Part shown: positions 26,750-39,689 of the stretch, in pieces
Layout of the letters: every line of letters starts with the position of its first letter
Position numbering within the stretch: position 1 is the stretch's first letter
DNA from: Bugula neritina
Lineage: Eukaryota; Animalia; Bryozoa
NCBI GenBank assembly: GCA_964035545.1
Contig: OZ037765.1
Span: forward strand, 5,714,698 to 5,778,697
Direction of reading: 5' to 3'
Length of the DNA stretch: 64,000 bases
The notes under the pieces: generated by a model
What the model was told of the DNA's origin: nothing
The model's database searches: none
The model's input: the letters and a program-made list of their open reading frames with translations, nothing else
Translations under genes and position numbers: made by a program

Positions 26750-28330
26750 GAAGGTGAGTATCAGTCTGAGTCTACCACTATGTTTTAGTTTACTGAATAA
26801 CTACCAGTCACTGTCAGAATTCACAGTATCAGTATGAGTATGAGTGTCAGACTCAGTGTGACTCACTCAGACTCAGGCTGTGAGTGTCTAACTCAGACGC
26901 TTACTTTACAACTGTAGAGTAACTGTAAAGTGAGCCTTCTGTCACTTGTGCCAAATAAAGTCACTGTAATAGACATATAGTGCTAACTGCTATGGACTAT
27001 CATTAAAAGTAAGTGGTGTGACTGTGCATACTGATACTTGAGTACTAAAGTCTAAACCCACCTGGTTGGGATTTCCTTTCATTTGATAAAGAGATGAAAT
27101 GGGCGGAAAACGAAAGTTCAAAAAAGTAAAACAATTAGTCGGGTATTAATGTGAGTGCCCCGCAAAACGGCTACATAATAGCAATTTCAGTAAACTAAGA
27201 ACTACAAAAACAAAGAAATCGTTAGAAGCGACAACGAAGTGGGAGTGACTAAGTACAGTATATCTGTAAACATCGTTGACCAAACGCCTCGTTCCAAACT
27301 TGCGCTAAAACACTGCTTTTAGCCACCCCAACTTGGTGCTGCTTCAAGTGATTTTTTAAAGACGAGTTTCATTTTTATTCACCGTGGTCCATGACCATCA
27401 AATTCATTTGGCATCATTATGACTATCACCATAACTATCACTATCAGTATGACTATGAGATCTGATCTATGAGATCTGATCTATCAGGTTCAATGCTTTA
27501 GTACTAGTAGTATTCGTATGAGACATGGGGGTACGATAGTGATACTCGTACTGTTTTTGTATCTTTCAGTTTCTTAGTTTCTATTAATTAGTATTAGGCC
27601 TACTATTAGATTTACTTTTACTTTTAGTATTAATCTATAGAATTGGAGGGAGAGCCGATAACTTGAACTTCAACTACTACTAAGTACTAGTGAACTTGGT
27701 TTTTAAAAATTGACGTTTATTTTTAAACTTCAAGTTTAGGGTTGATCAACTCATTATGATTAATATTATCTCATGTATGATATTAGTAATTATAATATTG
27801 ATAATATTAATATAAATATTTAATATTTACATTAGACTTAGTTTAATAACTTTTGAGTGAAACATTTTCTCTAACGACTAACCCTAACAGTATGAGTAAC
27901 AGCAACGCTAACTCAATCTGAAACTGTTATAGTAATAGTGATTAACGTAAGACTAAGTCTCACTTTAAGTTTAGGAATAAAAATAAATGGATTTTTTTGT
28001 TAAAATTGAAACTACTGTTAGTGTTACTATTAGTATTACTGAATACTGTATTGCTATTAGTGTTACCTTTTAACCTGATACTCAATTTATTATTGATATT
28101 AGTATTACTATAAGTATAAGTATAAGCACCACAGGGCTAGGCGTAGTTGCAACGAAGTCGAATGTCAATGCGATAGTAATAGTCATTTTGATTGTGAATT
28201 TCATAAGTCATACTCATACTGATGCTTTCTACGTCTATGAAGTTTTTAAAATGGCTCAAGCATGAAGTTTAAGAATAAATATTCTAAACTAATACTATTT
28301 AAAATGAAAGCTAAAAGTAAAAGTATTATC
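26750..28330. promoter_or_regulatory. Divergent TMEM220/REX1BD promoter region; a CpG-richer core (~27050-27400) is flanked on both sides by 6-bp-periodic A[CG]T tracts
   Basis: Head-to-head gene arrangement; a GGGCGG box at ~27100; periodic tracts such as cagtat cagtat gagtat gagtgt cagact cagtgt. Confidence 0.5.
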
Positions 28331-28704
28331 ATTATGAAAAATTGTAGTTGTCACTCATTATGGTTGTGAATATACTTGTATTTATCGCTGTTTGTTTTTA
28401 TGTGAGTGTTGCCTAGAATATGTTTTTTATGGCCGTGAATGACCTTGACCCATACAATTTATTATTCAATTTGTTTATTTAAAGCAAAATGATATACTAT
28501 AATACTGCACCATTGTTTCATGCATGAAACAATCGGGTAGTGTCACTCCAACTTTATTGGTGTAACAAACATATGTTCATGCTGCATTTTGTTCACTTGT
28601 CATCTGGTTTTATCAAGCTAAACAAAAAATTTATTCACCTAAACTATTCACCTCTTTAGTTTAGCTACACATGTCATATGTTTTAGGACAGCACCAACTG
28701 TAGG

Positions 28705-30777
28705 ATGTCTGTTACAGCTAGTGTTGACTTGCTAAATGAGCTCAAGAGGTTTCATTATTTGGAAGCAGAACGAGTTGAAACATACGGGCTCTTTGAAGAG
28801 TAAGTACATTTATAACCACCATTTCTATATTGTCAAATTTAGTTCATGGTTAGTATTAATAAAGCTGTTGTTTTTGTTCAGTTGATAGACTCGTTTCAAA
28901 CCTTTTATTTTGTATGGAAATACTATAATGAAAATCTAATCCTACGTTCATGTGACGGCTTTCCCTGTTTATATTATATGTAGTAAGTCTTTACTTTTTG
29001 TGAAAACACAAAATGTTATCTACTGGCTGTTTCATGCTCATGGCTAAGTTAGAACCTAATTGTTTAAGGTCTGAGGAAATTGGAAATACTATACAACAAA
29101 CTTCTGTGATTTCATTTTCATTGTGGCTGTACTATGTAGTTCTACGTAGCAGTAATCATTACTGTTTTTATATCACATATATTGACAAATTTATTCTGTT
29201 AGTGCATGGTGCTCTAATTAGTCTCATACTATCAAAAAATCTCTAAATCGGATATTTTTCACATGTTTTAGCTTTTTAAATACTGCCATACTAATTATTC
29301 GCTAATTTTAACCTTACTCTCCCCACTAATATTACATAATATTTTTTGTATTTCTCTTTGCAATTATTATTTATTCAAGTTGATTTTTATTTTGTTGAAG
29401 AGGATTTTCTGCGTATCTAAAAGGAGCTCCTAATTATAACCTTCAAATGTATAAAGAATTAGTGAATGAAATAACTACGACATTTCTCAATATCTCTAAA
29501 GACATAATAGGCATTAAAAATATATTTGAAGAGAATGGACAACACGCCATATCAGATTCTGTATCTAAAATTCAATCATTAGAACAAAGGAAACTTCAAC
29601 TGGTAAGAGATCCCATATGCTGTAACTGTTGTTTACGATGATACTGGATGTTTTAGTATTTGTTTTTATGTTACACCAATTCGAAATTCTATAGTCACAG
29701 AAACAGTTGTGTGATAAATAGTGAAAGATGTATTGTAGTGATGTATTGTAGCGTATAATAATTTAGATTTGTCTTTTCAGTTTTTCATTTAATATAGTAA
29801 TTTTTGTGCAATTACGTAAGCCAATCTCAGCCGAGAATCGAAAGTGTGAAGATGTTGGGATCTCCGAGTGGGTTCGAGGCATTCGATTGTCGGATCCGAT
29901 TGAATGCGATCAGACATATCGGTGGCTCCGACATCTTCACGGGAACCTCGATTCTCGGACGTGATCGGCAGAAGTTTCTCGAAGGGACTTTTTCCCAGTA
30001 TATAAGAAGGCGAGCTCACAGAGTGGATCAGTCTACCACTGGAGCTCGCCTGATCAAGACACACACATATACTCTTATAGCTTATAATAAAGATTATTCT
30101 ACTCAACACGGACAACCTACCTCATCTCATATATTACAGAGTTATGCTCCCCACTTAATTGCATTCCACCTATAAAACTACTACAGTATTTTATATTGGC
30201 TGTGCTGCTAACTTGCATTGCAGCGTACAAAATTATATGGGTTTTGTAGACAGCTGACTTACAAATTATTAGACAAAAGGAGATTGATGAACCAGATGAT
30301 GCGTTAGCTGATGACATTAAAGAGCTCAAGTCCAAGTGAGTGTCACCCAAACCATTAGTGGGTGTTAAGAGTTGTTTACCCACTCAAGGAGACAATGAAT
30401 ACCCCATTGTGTTTATACCATTTTACAAGTTAATTATCTGCTAGGCTTCCACTGTAGATTTACACTAGAATGACTATATCAGCATCTTTTGATAATCATG
30501 TACATTATTTATTGTCTGGCTACTATTAATGAGAAAAAATCCTGCATGTGAACTTATATTACATATATATCCTGAATGGCAAACAAAGGGCTCCATATTT
30601 TTGCAATGCTCAGATAACATCTGTACATAAGATCAGTTATTTCTTCTACTAAATTAAAGCTGTGTGATGTTCACTTGTTTCAGGATTTCCCAAATTATGG
30701 AAGATATAAATGATGAAATTGAGACACTGAAATATAATTCAGAAGATTTGTACACAGCAGAAGGAGGTGCTACATGA
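28705..30777 (+). CDS. REX1BD: Required-for-excision 1-B domain protein (C19orf60). Exons 28705-28799, 29401-29602, 30250-30335, 30684-30777
   Basis: ERVETYGLFEEGFSAYLKGAPNYNLQMYKELVNEITTTFLNISKDI...IQSLEQRKLQLTADLQ follows the REX1-B family pattern; exon phases join. Confidence 0.8.
29708..30138 (+). mobile_element. Solo-LTR-like insertion in REX1BD intron 2
   Basis: GC-richer island with TGT...ACA ends, TATATAAG (~29999-30006), AATAAA (30086-30091) and internal inverted repeats. The target-site duplication is only imperfect (CAGT/GAGT), so the left end is uncertain. Confidence 0.55.
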
Positions 30778-30939
30778 GTATCACACAGAAGTCATCAATG
30801 CTATTATTATACACATATATTTATTTAGCTTTTATGAATAGCAGTTTTTTGTGAAAAAAAGTTGTTAACGACTTTAGAAACCATGTAACAGTATGAAATA
30901 GCAAATAAAAATTCATATTTTGTTAATTGCAAAGCTTGT

Positions 30940-31975
30940 TCAATCATCTTTAGATGCTTCATCAAAATTTTCAACTAGATCTGGCACTTCATCATCTTCG
31001 TCTACTTCAGTGGTAGCAGGTGCTTTTTCTGTATTGGTCACTAGAAAAATGATTCACAATGTAATTTTTGAATTAATGTAAATAATAGCATGTCAACTTT
31101 CTACAGATGTACAATTAAATCACCAATCACTTGACATAGCAATGAGAGAACTAGAAGTAGTTTATATGCATGTGGGGATGTTAGCTATAGAAATAAACTC
31201 ACATCCAGCCACAGTTGTAGCCAGTTTCTTAAGGCTGGCCAAGTTCTCTGGGCCCAGTTGATTGAGGATTCCTGGCAACATCTCGGTTATTTCTAAAATA
31301 ATTGGATGACTTACATGAAATGATAGTGGGCAGCATAAAGATTACTTGAAAACAGCTCAATTAAATATGGAGCAGCATGTTCATTTCTAAATGCAAGCCT
31401 AACAAACTGAAGTGATGGAGGCTTTAAACTCAATTTGGAAATTTTGATAAACTAGAATCTCAATGAAAAATGTACATCTATGGCTTATGATAGTAGTATA
31501 TGAGAACAAGATACTGGTCATTGGTCATGTTTTCCTTTATAAAATAAAATTTAAAAAAATTAATTCTACTGTTGAGACAGGGGTGGGCATGAGTTCTGTT
31601 TTAAGGTTTTAAGAGTTGGGTGCACTTGTTAGCAAATGCAGAAATATGATGGCCAAAACCAAGTTAATCATCAGAGTGATAATTTTACAAGAGCTTACGT
31701 TTTGTCTCTGCGTGACCAGTGATAGAAAATGTGTTGGCAACTAGTGATGCTTGCACTTTAGGGTTGGTAAAGTGAATTACTGTTCCATCATCTTTAATCA
31801 TATTTACTTCTTCAATTCCGGGAATATTATTTACACCCAATTTCTTGAGTGAAGTCTGTAGCTTTTTATCATCTGTAGCAGCTGTTCTGTGTATGACCTT
31901 TTTCTTCCTACGCACTGAACCCTTACCTCCAGTTCGCACCTGTTCTTGAAGAGCTTTTAGTTTTTCAGGGTTCAT
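30940..31975 (-). CDS. BTF3: Transcription factor BTF3 / nascent polypeptide-associated complex beta. Exons 31699-31975, 31203-31292, 30940-31040
   Basis: [64 protein letters not shown]...[16 protein letters not shown] is a clear NAC-beta sequence. Confidence 0.97.
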
Positions 31976-32276
31976 TTTCAACTTCTAAAAGTAAATTAAA
32001 ACAGTCGTATAAAAGCGAATATCCTAATTTAATGCTTGGTAGAAACAGTTCAACTCCAAACTACTATTCCTAATACTATTCAATTAAAATGATTACTACT
32101 ATCACTATGATTATGATACCAACTCCAAGTCTGAAAGTGGAATAACTAGCAGTACTTCAACTTGTTAGTGGTCAATGTCGTACTTCCTAACACTTTACAT
32201 TGCAATTTGATTTTGAAATTGATAGAGTAATTTTAAATTTAATAATTTGACTTTTAGACTAAGACTGAAAAATTAT

Positions 32277-32349
32277 TGCCTCCATTGGGATTCAAAGTCG
32301 AGACCTCCAGCTTGCAAGCAGGCGCGCTAACAAATTACAACAAAGGGGC
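32277..32349 (-). pseudogene. Degenerate tRNA-like sequence (tRNA-Ala(TGC)-like pseudogene or SINE head) in BTF3 intron 1
   Basis: Reverse complement GCCCCTTTGTTGTAATTTGTTAGCGCGCCTGCTTGCAAGCTGGAGGTCTCGACTTTGAATCCCAATGGAGGCA shows a cloverleaf-like layout with a CTTGCAA anticodon loop and mismatched D and T arms. Confidence 0.5.
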
Positions 32350-32639
32350 TATTGAGTAAACTCAACACTACGTAGACTTAATTCTTAATTAATCTACAAT
32401 ATCAATTTCAAATTGAACTTCATTTTCTATTTGAATAATTGAATTTAATTTTACAGTTTTAGTATATTTTAGCGATTGGTGTCGTCTTTAATCATTAGAC
32501 CAATTAAACTAAAAACAAGTACTTTGAATCAGTGAGCTGAACAACATAATTATTTCGTACTTACGGTTTAATTTTCAGGACAGAGTGGTTATCACTGACG
32601 CACCTCGCGGTTGACTACAGACAAACTCGCGAGTAACAA

Positions 32640-32672
32640 ACACAAAAAACAGGAAATAATGCTGAAAAGGGT
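32640..32672 (-). promoter_or_regulatory. Putative polypyrimidine (TCT/5'TOP) initiator of BTF3; the non-coding exon 1 ends at a GTAAGT donor near 32563
   Basis: Minus strand reads CCCTTTTCAGCATTATTTCCTGTTTTTTGTG; TCT initiators are typical of translation-machinery genes. Confidence 0.45.
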
Positions 32673-33164
32673 TTGCGATCAAGATTTTTCTAGACTTTCT
32701 TGTTTTACCATATAAAAATAATAATAATATAGTCAGCAGTAACTCAATTTATAAATTTTATTTTAAACTTAATTAAAATAAAAACATGTTGCATTTTTTT
32801 ACGCTTACTAATAGTATAATGTTATCAAAATTGAGATTAAAATAATTGTTGAGGATTCGCCCAACAAAACTTTTTGTTATAGAGTTGTCCTTTCTAAAAC
32901 TTTGACTTGGGTGTTTTAAAATACAAAATATTGATTTTAGTAGAGTTGTCTAATCTATTATAAGATTTGCAAACAAAGAAAAGATAACAAAAACCTGCGC
33001 AATGTATATTATAATTATAAGCTCCATAATCAGAGCCAGGATGAGCTACTTGGAAGGAGAGAGGGAGAGAGGCTCAAGCTTCTCGATTATGAAAAGATTC
33101 CCCATGCAGCTGCTATCTCAAATAAAAAGCAGCATTCAATTACTCAATATAATAACCTTGGGTG

Positions 33165-33345
33165 TTCTAGATTGTAGTGGTTAGGGTGCAGGCCAAGTAT
33201 GACAGATGACATGGTCATTGCGGATGTCAGGAAAATCATTCGATCGTTATTGCCTTTGTGCCGCAGCTAAAACTCAAACTATGATGCTAGCATGGTATGA
33301 GGCACCGGCTAAACTCTCATAGGGATGGAGACTTAAAAATGTGAG
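33165..33345 (+). mobile_element. tRNA-derived SINE (family S, degenerate copy 3)
   Basis: GGTCATTGCGGATGTCAGGAAAATCATTCGATCGTTATTGCCTTTGTG and CTCTCATAGGGATGGAGAC align with the copy 1 core and tail. Confidence 0.5.
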
Positions 33346-34402
33346 CATATCTGCATAGTACACATAATATTGATTGCATGAATAAGTGTCATATTATTAT
33401 GATGCCACAGCAGTAAAAAATTCCATAGCAAATATATACTATATTAAAAATATACATATTTAACTCAAGCTGCTTATTGAGTATTAACATATATAGAATC
33501 AAAAAGATGCCATGCATCATGCAATAGATGCTGCTGTACAGTATAAGTACTGTTATTCTAACACATAACATACTATATCTGCTTCTTTGAAGTGATAAAA
33601 AATGAGTCCCAGATAGGCTGATGTTAAATAAAAGTTATACTTTGCAATATTCACATATTATTATTGACTCCACAAAAATAAGACAATTATCTATAATGAC
33701 TTGGAGAATTGTTTTCAACTAATACGATTGCTAGAGATTAAGGCTGGCCATTCAATATATTATAGCAATGCTAACCTAAATACTTAGGCAATAATGCAAC
33801 ATGTAAAGGGCATAATATGATGTCATTTATTTTGAAAATTGAACCGGTCAGCTGGTATCAAAGCTTTGTTTTCAACTGAAATAATAATCTATCTAAACAT
33901 ATTATTATACTCACAGTCACATCTTTGCAATTTAAACATAAATCACAAGATGAAAAATTTTATGCTTAATTTACACTCTGTTTCTGTATTCTCACTTTTT
34001 AAATGATCATCATTTAGTGCGCTTTTATCAGGAATATAAAGGGTTATCTCAAAGAAGTGAGTTAGAGGCATTCTCTATAATATTATAATATTATTTTAAA
34101 ATTTCACACCTTTCACACCTATACGGTCGTAGTCCCGTACGGGTGACCGGATTATTATTTTAAAATGGGGTGGCAAAATCTTTTTATTTACCAGAGAGTT
34201 GTCGCTTTTTGCTAGCAAATCGTCGATCCAATAAGACCACAGCCTTCAGCTGGCGGGAATCAACGGGATAGCCACAAAAATAGTAGCATTGTATTTTCCA
34301 TTCGCAAAAGTTTAACGATTGTACTACAGTCCTACTGAGCTTTCAATACACTGTGTTTGATCTTTAACTTTGTTGAAAACTTCATTTAGGCCAGTGTCTA
34401 AC

Positions 34403-37400
34403 ATGTCTAATGATGCAGAGCAGTTAAATTTGAAAGAAAAAGAAGTTTATAAATGTACCACTACCAATGGGCATGGCAATGAACTTGAACTTGAAGATCA
34501 AGATCAAGATGAGCAGAAATCTGAATCTCCAGAGGCAGAGGGGTAACTAACTTATTCGTATTTGAAAAAATACTGAAATACAGAAAGTATTCTGATAACT
34601 AATTGGTAGCTTTATTTGTAGTAGTTATTAAACTACTATCACTTAATCTTATACTTAAGTTATAGCTAGGCCTAGTATTATATTAATTAAATAATAATTT
34701 ATAAAAGTAAAAAAGTAAATCACAATGCTAGGCCTAATAGTAATACTAATTGTAATACTAATAGACATAGTAAAAATATAAGACCAAGTACTACTATTAC
34801 TATTAGTATTAGTATTACTATTAGTTTGGCAATAGCCATAGCCTAGGTATTACTTTACTATTAATATTACCTACTACTACTACTAGTATACTATTAATAT
34901 ACTAGTAGGTAATATTAATAGTAAATTTTTAATATTATTAATAATTAATATTACTGCTACTAGTAGTAGTACTAGTAGTAGTAGATGAAAGGGTACTGAT
35001 AATAGTGATAATGTCAATATTACTATTACTATTACTATTAGACTTGCTCTTAGCGTCTTACTCTAGTCTTAGTGATAGTGATACTCTAACTAATGTTGTG
35101 ATAGTATAACTGTAAATTATTAAGTATGAACATAACTAAAGTCTATAATGGCAGTAGTAATAGTAATATTAGTATTAGTATAAGTATCAGTATGCCAATG
35201 CGTTCTTCAAGTTATGAACTTATGTAATTATATAACTTTTAAGTACTAGTAGTGTAGCATGAACATCATAGTAAAAGACAGTGAAACTGAAAATCAAAGT
35301 TATTGCTTAATACTATTTCAACTATTGATCATCATTCTGTAGTATAATTTTTATATTGATTACACTGTAACTTTTAATCTTAGGCTTGGGAATCACTCAA
35401 TTTGCTTTAGACTTTTGCATTAGTAGCCTGTAGCTTATGCTATAACATTAGGTATAAATATTAATGAGTATTAGTATCAATCTGAATCAGAATAAAAGAC
35501 TAGCCTAGTTTTAGTGCGAAAAGTTTAATTTGAGTAGGAGTAAAGCTACAAAGTAAGATTTTGTCAAACTGATTTCGAATCTGTTGAAAATTTATATACT
35601 GAAATACTTGAGAGGTTGATTTCTTGAAAAATAGTTTTAAAGGTAAATTAAATACAGAACACATTATAAAAATTTTAATTTATATATATTCACTGATTCA
35701 CTCTTTTAATGCAACCAATTTAAATTGTCAACGCTAGCATACATGACACCAATAAATACAGGACAGTTTTTAAAATGCTGCAAATAAATTTGGGGTGATA
35801 TCTTTTTAATAATTCGCATGATTTCAAATTTAAGTATAAAAACTGAATTTTATGAAAAATAATACAATTTTCTAACTTTCATGAATACAAATTTCTCAGA
35901 ATTTTAAAATAAATATTATAAACAACTGCATGACTTGTATGAACATGTGATTTTCTCTTACTGTTGCCAAAAAACTTTTAGATCATTATCACATTATTTG
36001 TAGCTTAGCTGAAGAAAAACTGAGTGTCGGTAAAAAGAGTTTGGCATGTGGAGAATATTCACAAGCTGTAGACTTGCTGGGAGAGGCTTGCCACATCTTG
36101 GCTGCAAAGTTTGGTGACAACAGCCCTCAGCTTGCGGATCCATACTTCTATTACGGGAAAGCACTTCTGGAGCTGGCCAGAACAGAAAATACGGTGCTTG
36201 GAAATGCACTTGATGGAGGTGATGCATTGCAATACAGATTTTAGTAGTGATTTTAGTTGAGTTATTAGATTGCTAAGCAGTGTAGACGACTGTGTTGCTA
36301 TGTAAACAACTGCGTTGCTAAGAGATGTTTTCCTGTTTCAGTTGGTGCAGAAGAAGAGAACGAAGCAGATCTATCAGAATCTGATCAGTTTGAAAAAACT
36401 AACGGAGTGTCCGGTTAGTTTGCTCTGCTTTGGCTGCCCGTATCACGCTTTGTTATGACATCACATCCTGATCTGTAAAGTTGGTCATAAAGACACTTGG
36501 CTACTTGTAATACTTCTGGATGCAGTAGTTCAGGCTGATATTGGTATTCCTCCTTTCAATGTTCCCATCACAAAGTTTGTCTCTTGTGTCTGTAGATTCA
36601 GAGAGAGATGACGTGAGAGGTCAGGTTTACTCTGCCATGTCTGCCACAGAAAAAGGAGACAACTCAGAGAAAACAGAGGGAGACAAGTCTGAAAAAGGTT
36701 TGGATAACGGGATGCTACTCGATTCTATCTCTTCCCTGCTGACTTCCAAGCACTGAATAGGAGAGATAAAGGTTGCAGAACTGAGTGTATATTTTAGATG
36801 GAGACAAAACTGAAGCCGATGCGTTGCCAGATTCAGTATCCAACCAGGAGGAGGATACTGAGAAAACATCAGCTGACAACACAGACTCTGGTGCTACGGA
36901 GGGCAGCGAGGCAGCTGCTTCTGTAGCAACTCCTGCTGACAGCGCTGCCAGTGAGGAGGCCGTCACAGCTAATGGTGAAGAGGATATGGTAGCTGATGAA
37001 GACGAGGAAAATTCGACAGAGGATGCTGGGGCAGAGGAAGATGGGGAAGCTACAAACTCTTCTCAGGTGACGGAATATTTCTGGCCTGTGAACTGCCAAG
37101 TTAAAACACGTATTGTATACAGTGCACACTTTGACATGCTTGTTATGTTACAAAGGCTACTAGAAAATGGTCTTTCATGCTCCAAACATATTTTGACAAT
37201 GCAAAGGGTTTGTGATTGGCTAGCATCAGTACATGTGTTTAATTTTACATGTAGACCCCAAAGTGAAGCCAAATGTGTATGTATGTGCGTAGCCAATGGC
37301 CCCCTCATTTACAATCTATACATATTCTCATCTTCGTATTGAATTTACAGGGAGACGCCGATGATGTACCCAATCTTCAGCTTGCATGGGAAATCCTTGA

Positions 37401-39067
37401 CCTTTGTAAGATTATTTATCTAAAGATGATTGAGAATGCAGAGTTGCCTGACCAGAGTGTGAATGAGAAACTGAGCGAAGTGTACAGAGCATTAGGTGAG
37501 GTGAAGCTGGAGGATAGCGACTACGGGCAGGCTACAGAAGATCTCCTTTCCTGTCTTCAAATCCAGAAAGAGTGCTTCACAGAGGACAATAGGTATTTAG
37601 CCGAGACGTACTTCCAGCTGGGCAACTGCTACCTCCTAGATGGGAATTATGACGCTGCCCTGGAGAACATGAACAATGCTAAGTCTGTAAGTCACGTTAC
37701 ACCCCCCCCTTCCCCATATTCTTATGGTTACTGATGGTACTGGTTGGTGTTGTCAGTAGTTGTCCGCTCAACAATTCTATGCATGAACCAGTTAGTCATA
37801 GTTGAAAAATACTACTCGCTATAAATACATAGTTTATCGCTAATAGTTTTCAATTAGGCTGCAACACGTCCAGTTGTAGACAAGTCTGCATGGAAAGAGT
37901 AGCTAAACTCATGGACAGAATTTAAGTGTAACATGAATTATATCAAACGAATGGCAATGTCTTGTCTGTTCTTCCAAATTTATCATTTTCTTTTACCATC
38001 AGATTTGTTTTAAATTTATTTTCTTGTCTCAAGGTTGGATGAGCCATTGTTAGTACTGATTCTAATAGAACCCGTAAATTAGGAAAGCTACCTTTTGTAG
38101 ATATTAGAGCTTCGAGTCTCCAATTTTGAAAAGAAGTTGACTGAAGAAATTAGTGAAGAAGAAAGCGAGAAATGTAACAAGGAATTGAAACAGTTGAGAC
38201 AATTGTTACCAGATGTAGTTTCTAAGGTTGGTTTTTCAATACATTATGCACTACTATTATATTAAATAACATTTTCATTCATTTCATAAAGTTGTATTAC
38301 GAGAAACACTGAATCGGCACCAGTAACTTGCTGTCGAACTTCTCCAAATACTCTCTAAAAAGTAATACTACAAGGGTTGATGTGTGTTTCACTTCTAGTA
38401 ATGAATTACTATTACTCAGCTGTTTGATACTTTGTTCAAAAATTAAATTGTATTTGGACTAAATCAACCATACACAATTATGAACTAAAAACCTCTAGAA
38501 TGTTGCAATTTCGGAATGGAAAGTTTTCAGTCTCAGCTCTATGAACTTTGGTGATGCTATTCATGGCAAGTTTTATTCATACTGAGTTTTCAAACTCTGG
38601 GAGGGGAAGTTCTAGTTAAGAATGGTGGTTACAGCTTCTTGCTTAATTACATTGTACTTTAAAACATTACTTTAAAATCAACTGCCTTATAGCAGTTGTG
38701 TATACATGCTAGGGAAAGCATCATTAAAATACTACTTTGAATTGCCTTCTCATTGCAGATTGAAGATGTTGCTGATGAAAGTGTTAATGCTAAGAAAGCT
38801 GAAACTGAAGTGAAAGCTGTTATTGCTAGTCAAAAGCAAAATGGAAGTACAACCATTGGCTTTGGTGAGACTTCAGGTTCTTCATCTGCATCTACGATTA
38901 CCACGCAGAAGGCCAATGATATATCAAACCTTGTTCGTAAACGAAAGCCCGAAGTTCAACCTGCTGAAGGGTCAAAGAAGGTCAAGTTAGAGTCTACCCC
39001 CACAGCTGAAGGAGATAAAGAAAATGGAGTCTCTTCCACAGACGAATGCTCGAAAATTAGCAGTTGA
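34403..39067 (+). CDS. NASP: Nuclear autoantigenic sperm protein (SHNi-TPR histone H3/H4/H1 chaperone). Exons approx. 34403-34542, 36004-36218, 36342-36413, 36597-36697, 36799-37066, 37351-37686, 38101-38226, 38759-39067
   Basis: YFYYGKALLELARTENTVLGNALDG, an acidic insertion, DDVPNLQLAWEILDLCKIIY, LAETYFQLG, TTIGFG and DISNLVRKRKPE are NASP hallmarks. Confidence 0.95.
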
Positions 39068-39689
39068 ACATTTATTCTGTGCTATGAACTTTGTATATTG
39101 TTATTCACTGTTGTAGATAATTCCTTTCATTGTGCAAAAGTTTCCCTCCTCGATTTCTTTGTTATTTTGTATCATAATATTCACATTGTAGTCTTGACTG
39201 AATCTTACTGAATTACCTATAAGTAACATTTACGTACTAATTTGAATATAAGGAGTTTTTCTATTTGTATTTACTTGCTGTTGTCATTTAATATTTCTTT
39301 GTAAATAAAAAAGCTGAAGGCTCTTCGCCAAATAATAGAGTTTATTAGAAAAAATAAAAGCAGAAAGTGTAAGCTTGTTGAACCGACTAACAAATCACTT
39401 AGGAGAAGGGTCAACTAGCAATATTAATATATTAAATAAATAATTATAAAAGTTAATGTTAGCCTCAAATTAAGAACTTGAGAATAGTACCCTCTTGGTA
39501 AATGCAGTACTCCCATCATTTCATTGGGTGTACAGGACTGGGTTAGTTGCTTAACTAAAGAGTCAAGGGAGAAGAATCAAGTTATTATGACGCCAGTATT
39601 AGAGTTTGCAGAAGTATACCTCAACCCAAGCTAAATGACAGTTAAGTATACTGTATATATGTATAATAATTTTTAGAAATATTTGGCCG

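Noticed and set aside
29789-30175. 108-aa and 123-aa ORFs in the REX1BD intron
   Set aside because: They fall in the GC-richer LTR-like insert and show no gag/pol motifs.
31293-31698. Intronic snoRNA in BTF3
   Set aside because: No convincing C/D or H/ACA box arrangement could be seen on the transcribed strand by eye; an Infernal/Rfam search would be needed.
32277-32349. Functional tRNA-Ala gene
   Set aside because: D-loop GG and T-loop GTTCGA are degenerate and the stems are mismatched; kept only as a pseudogene or SINE head.
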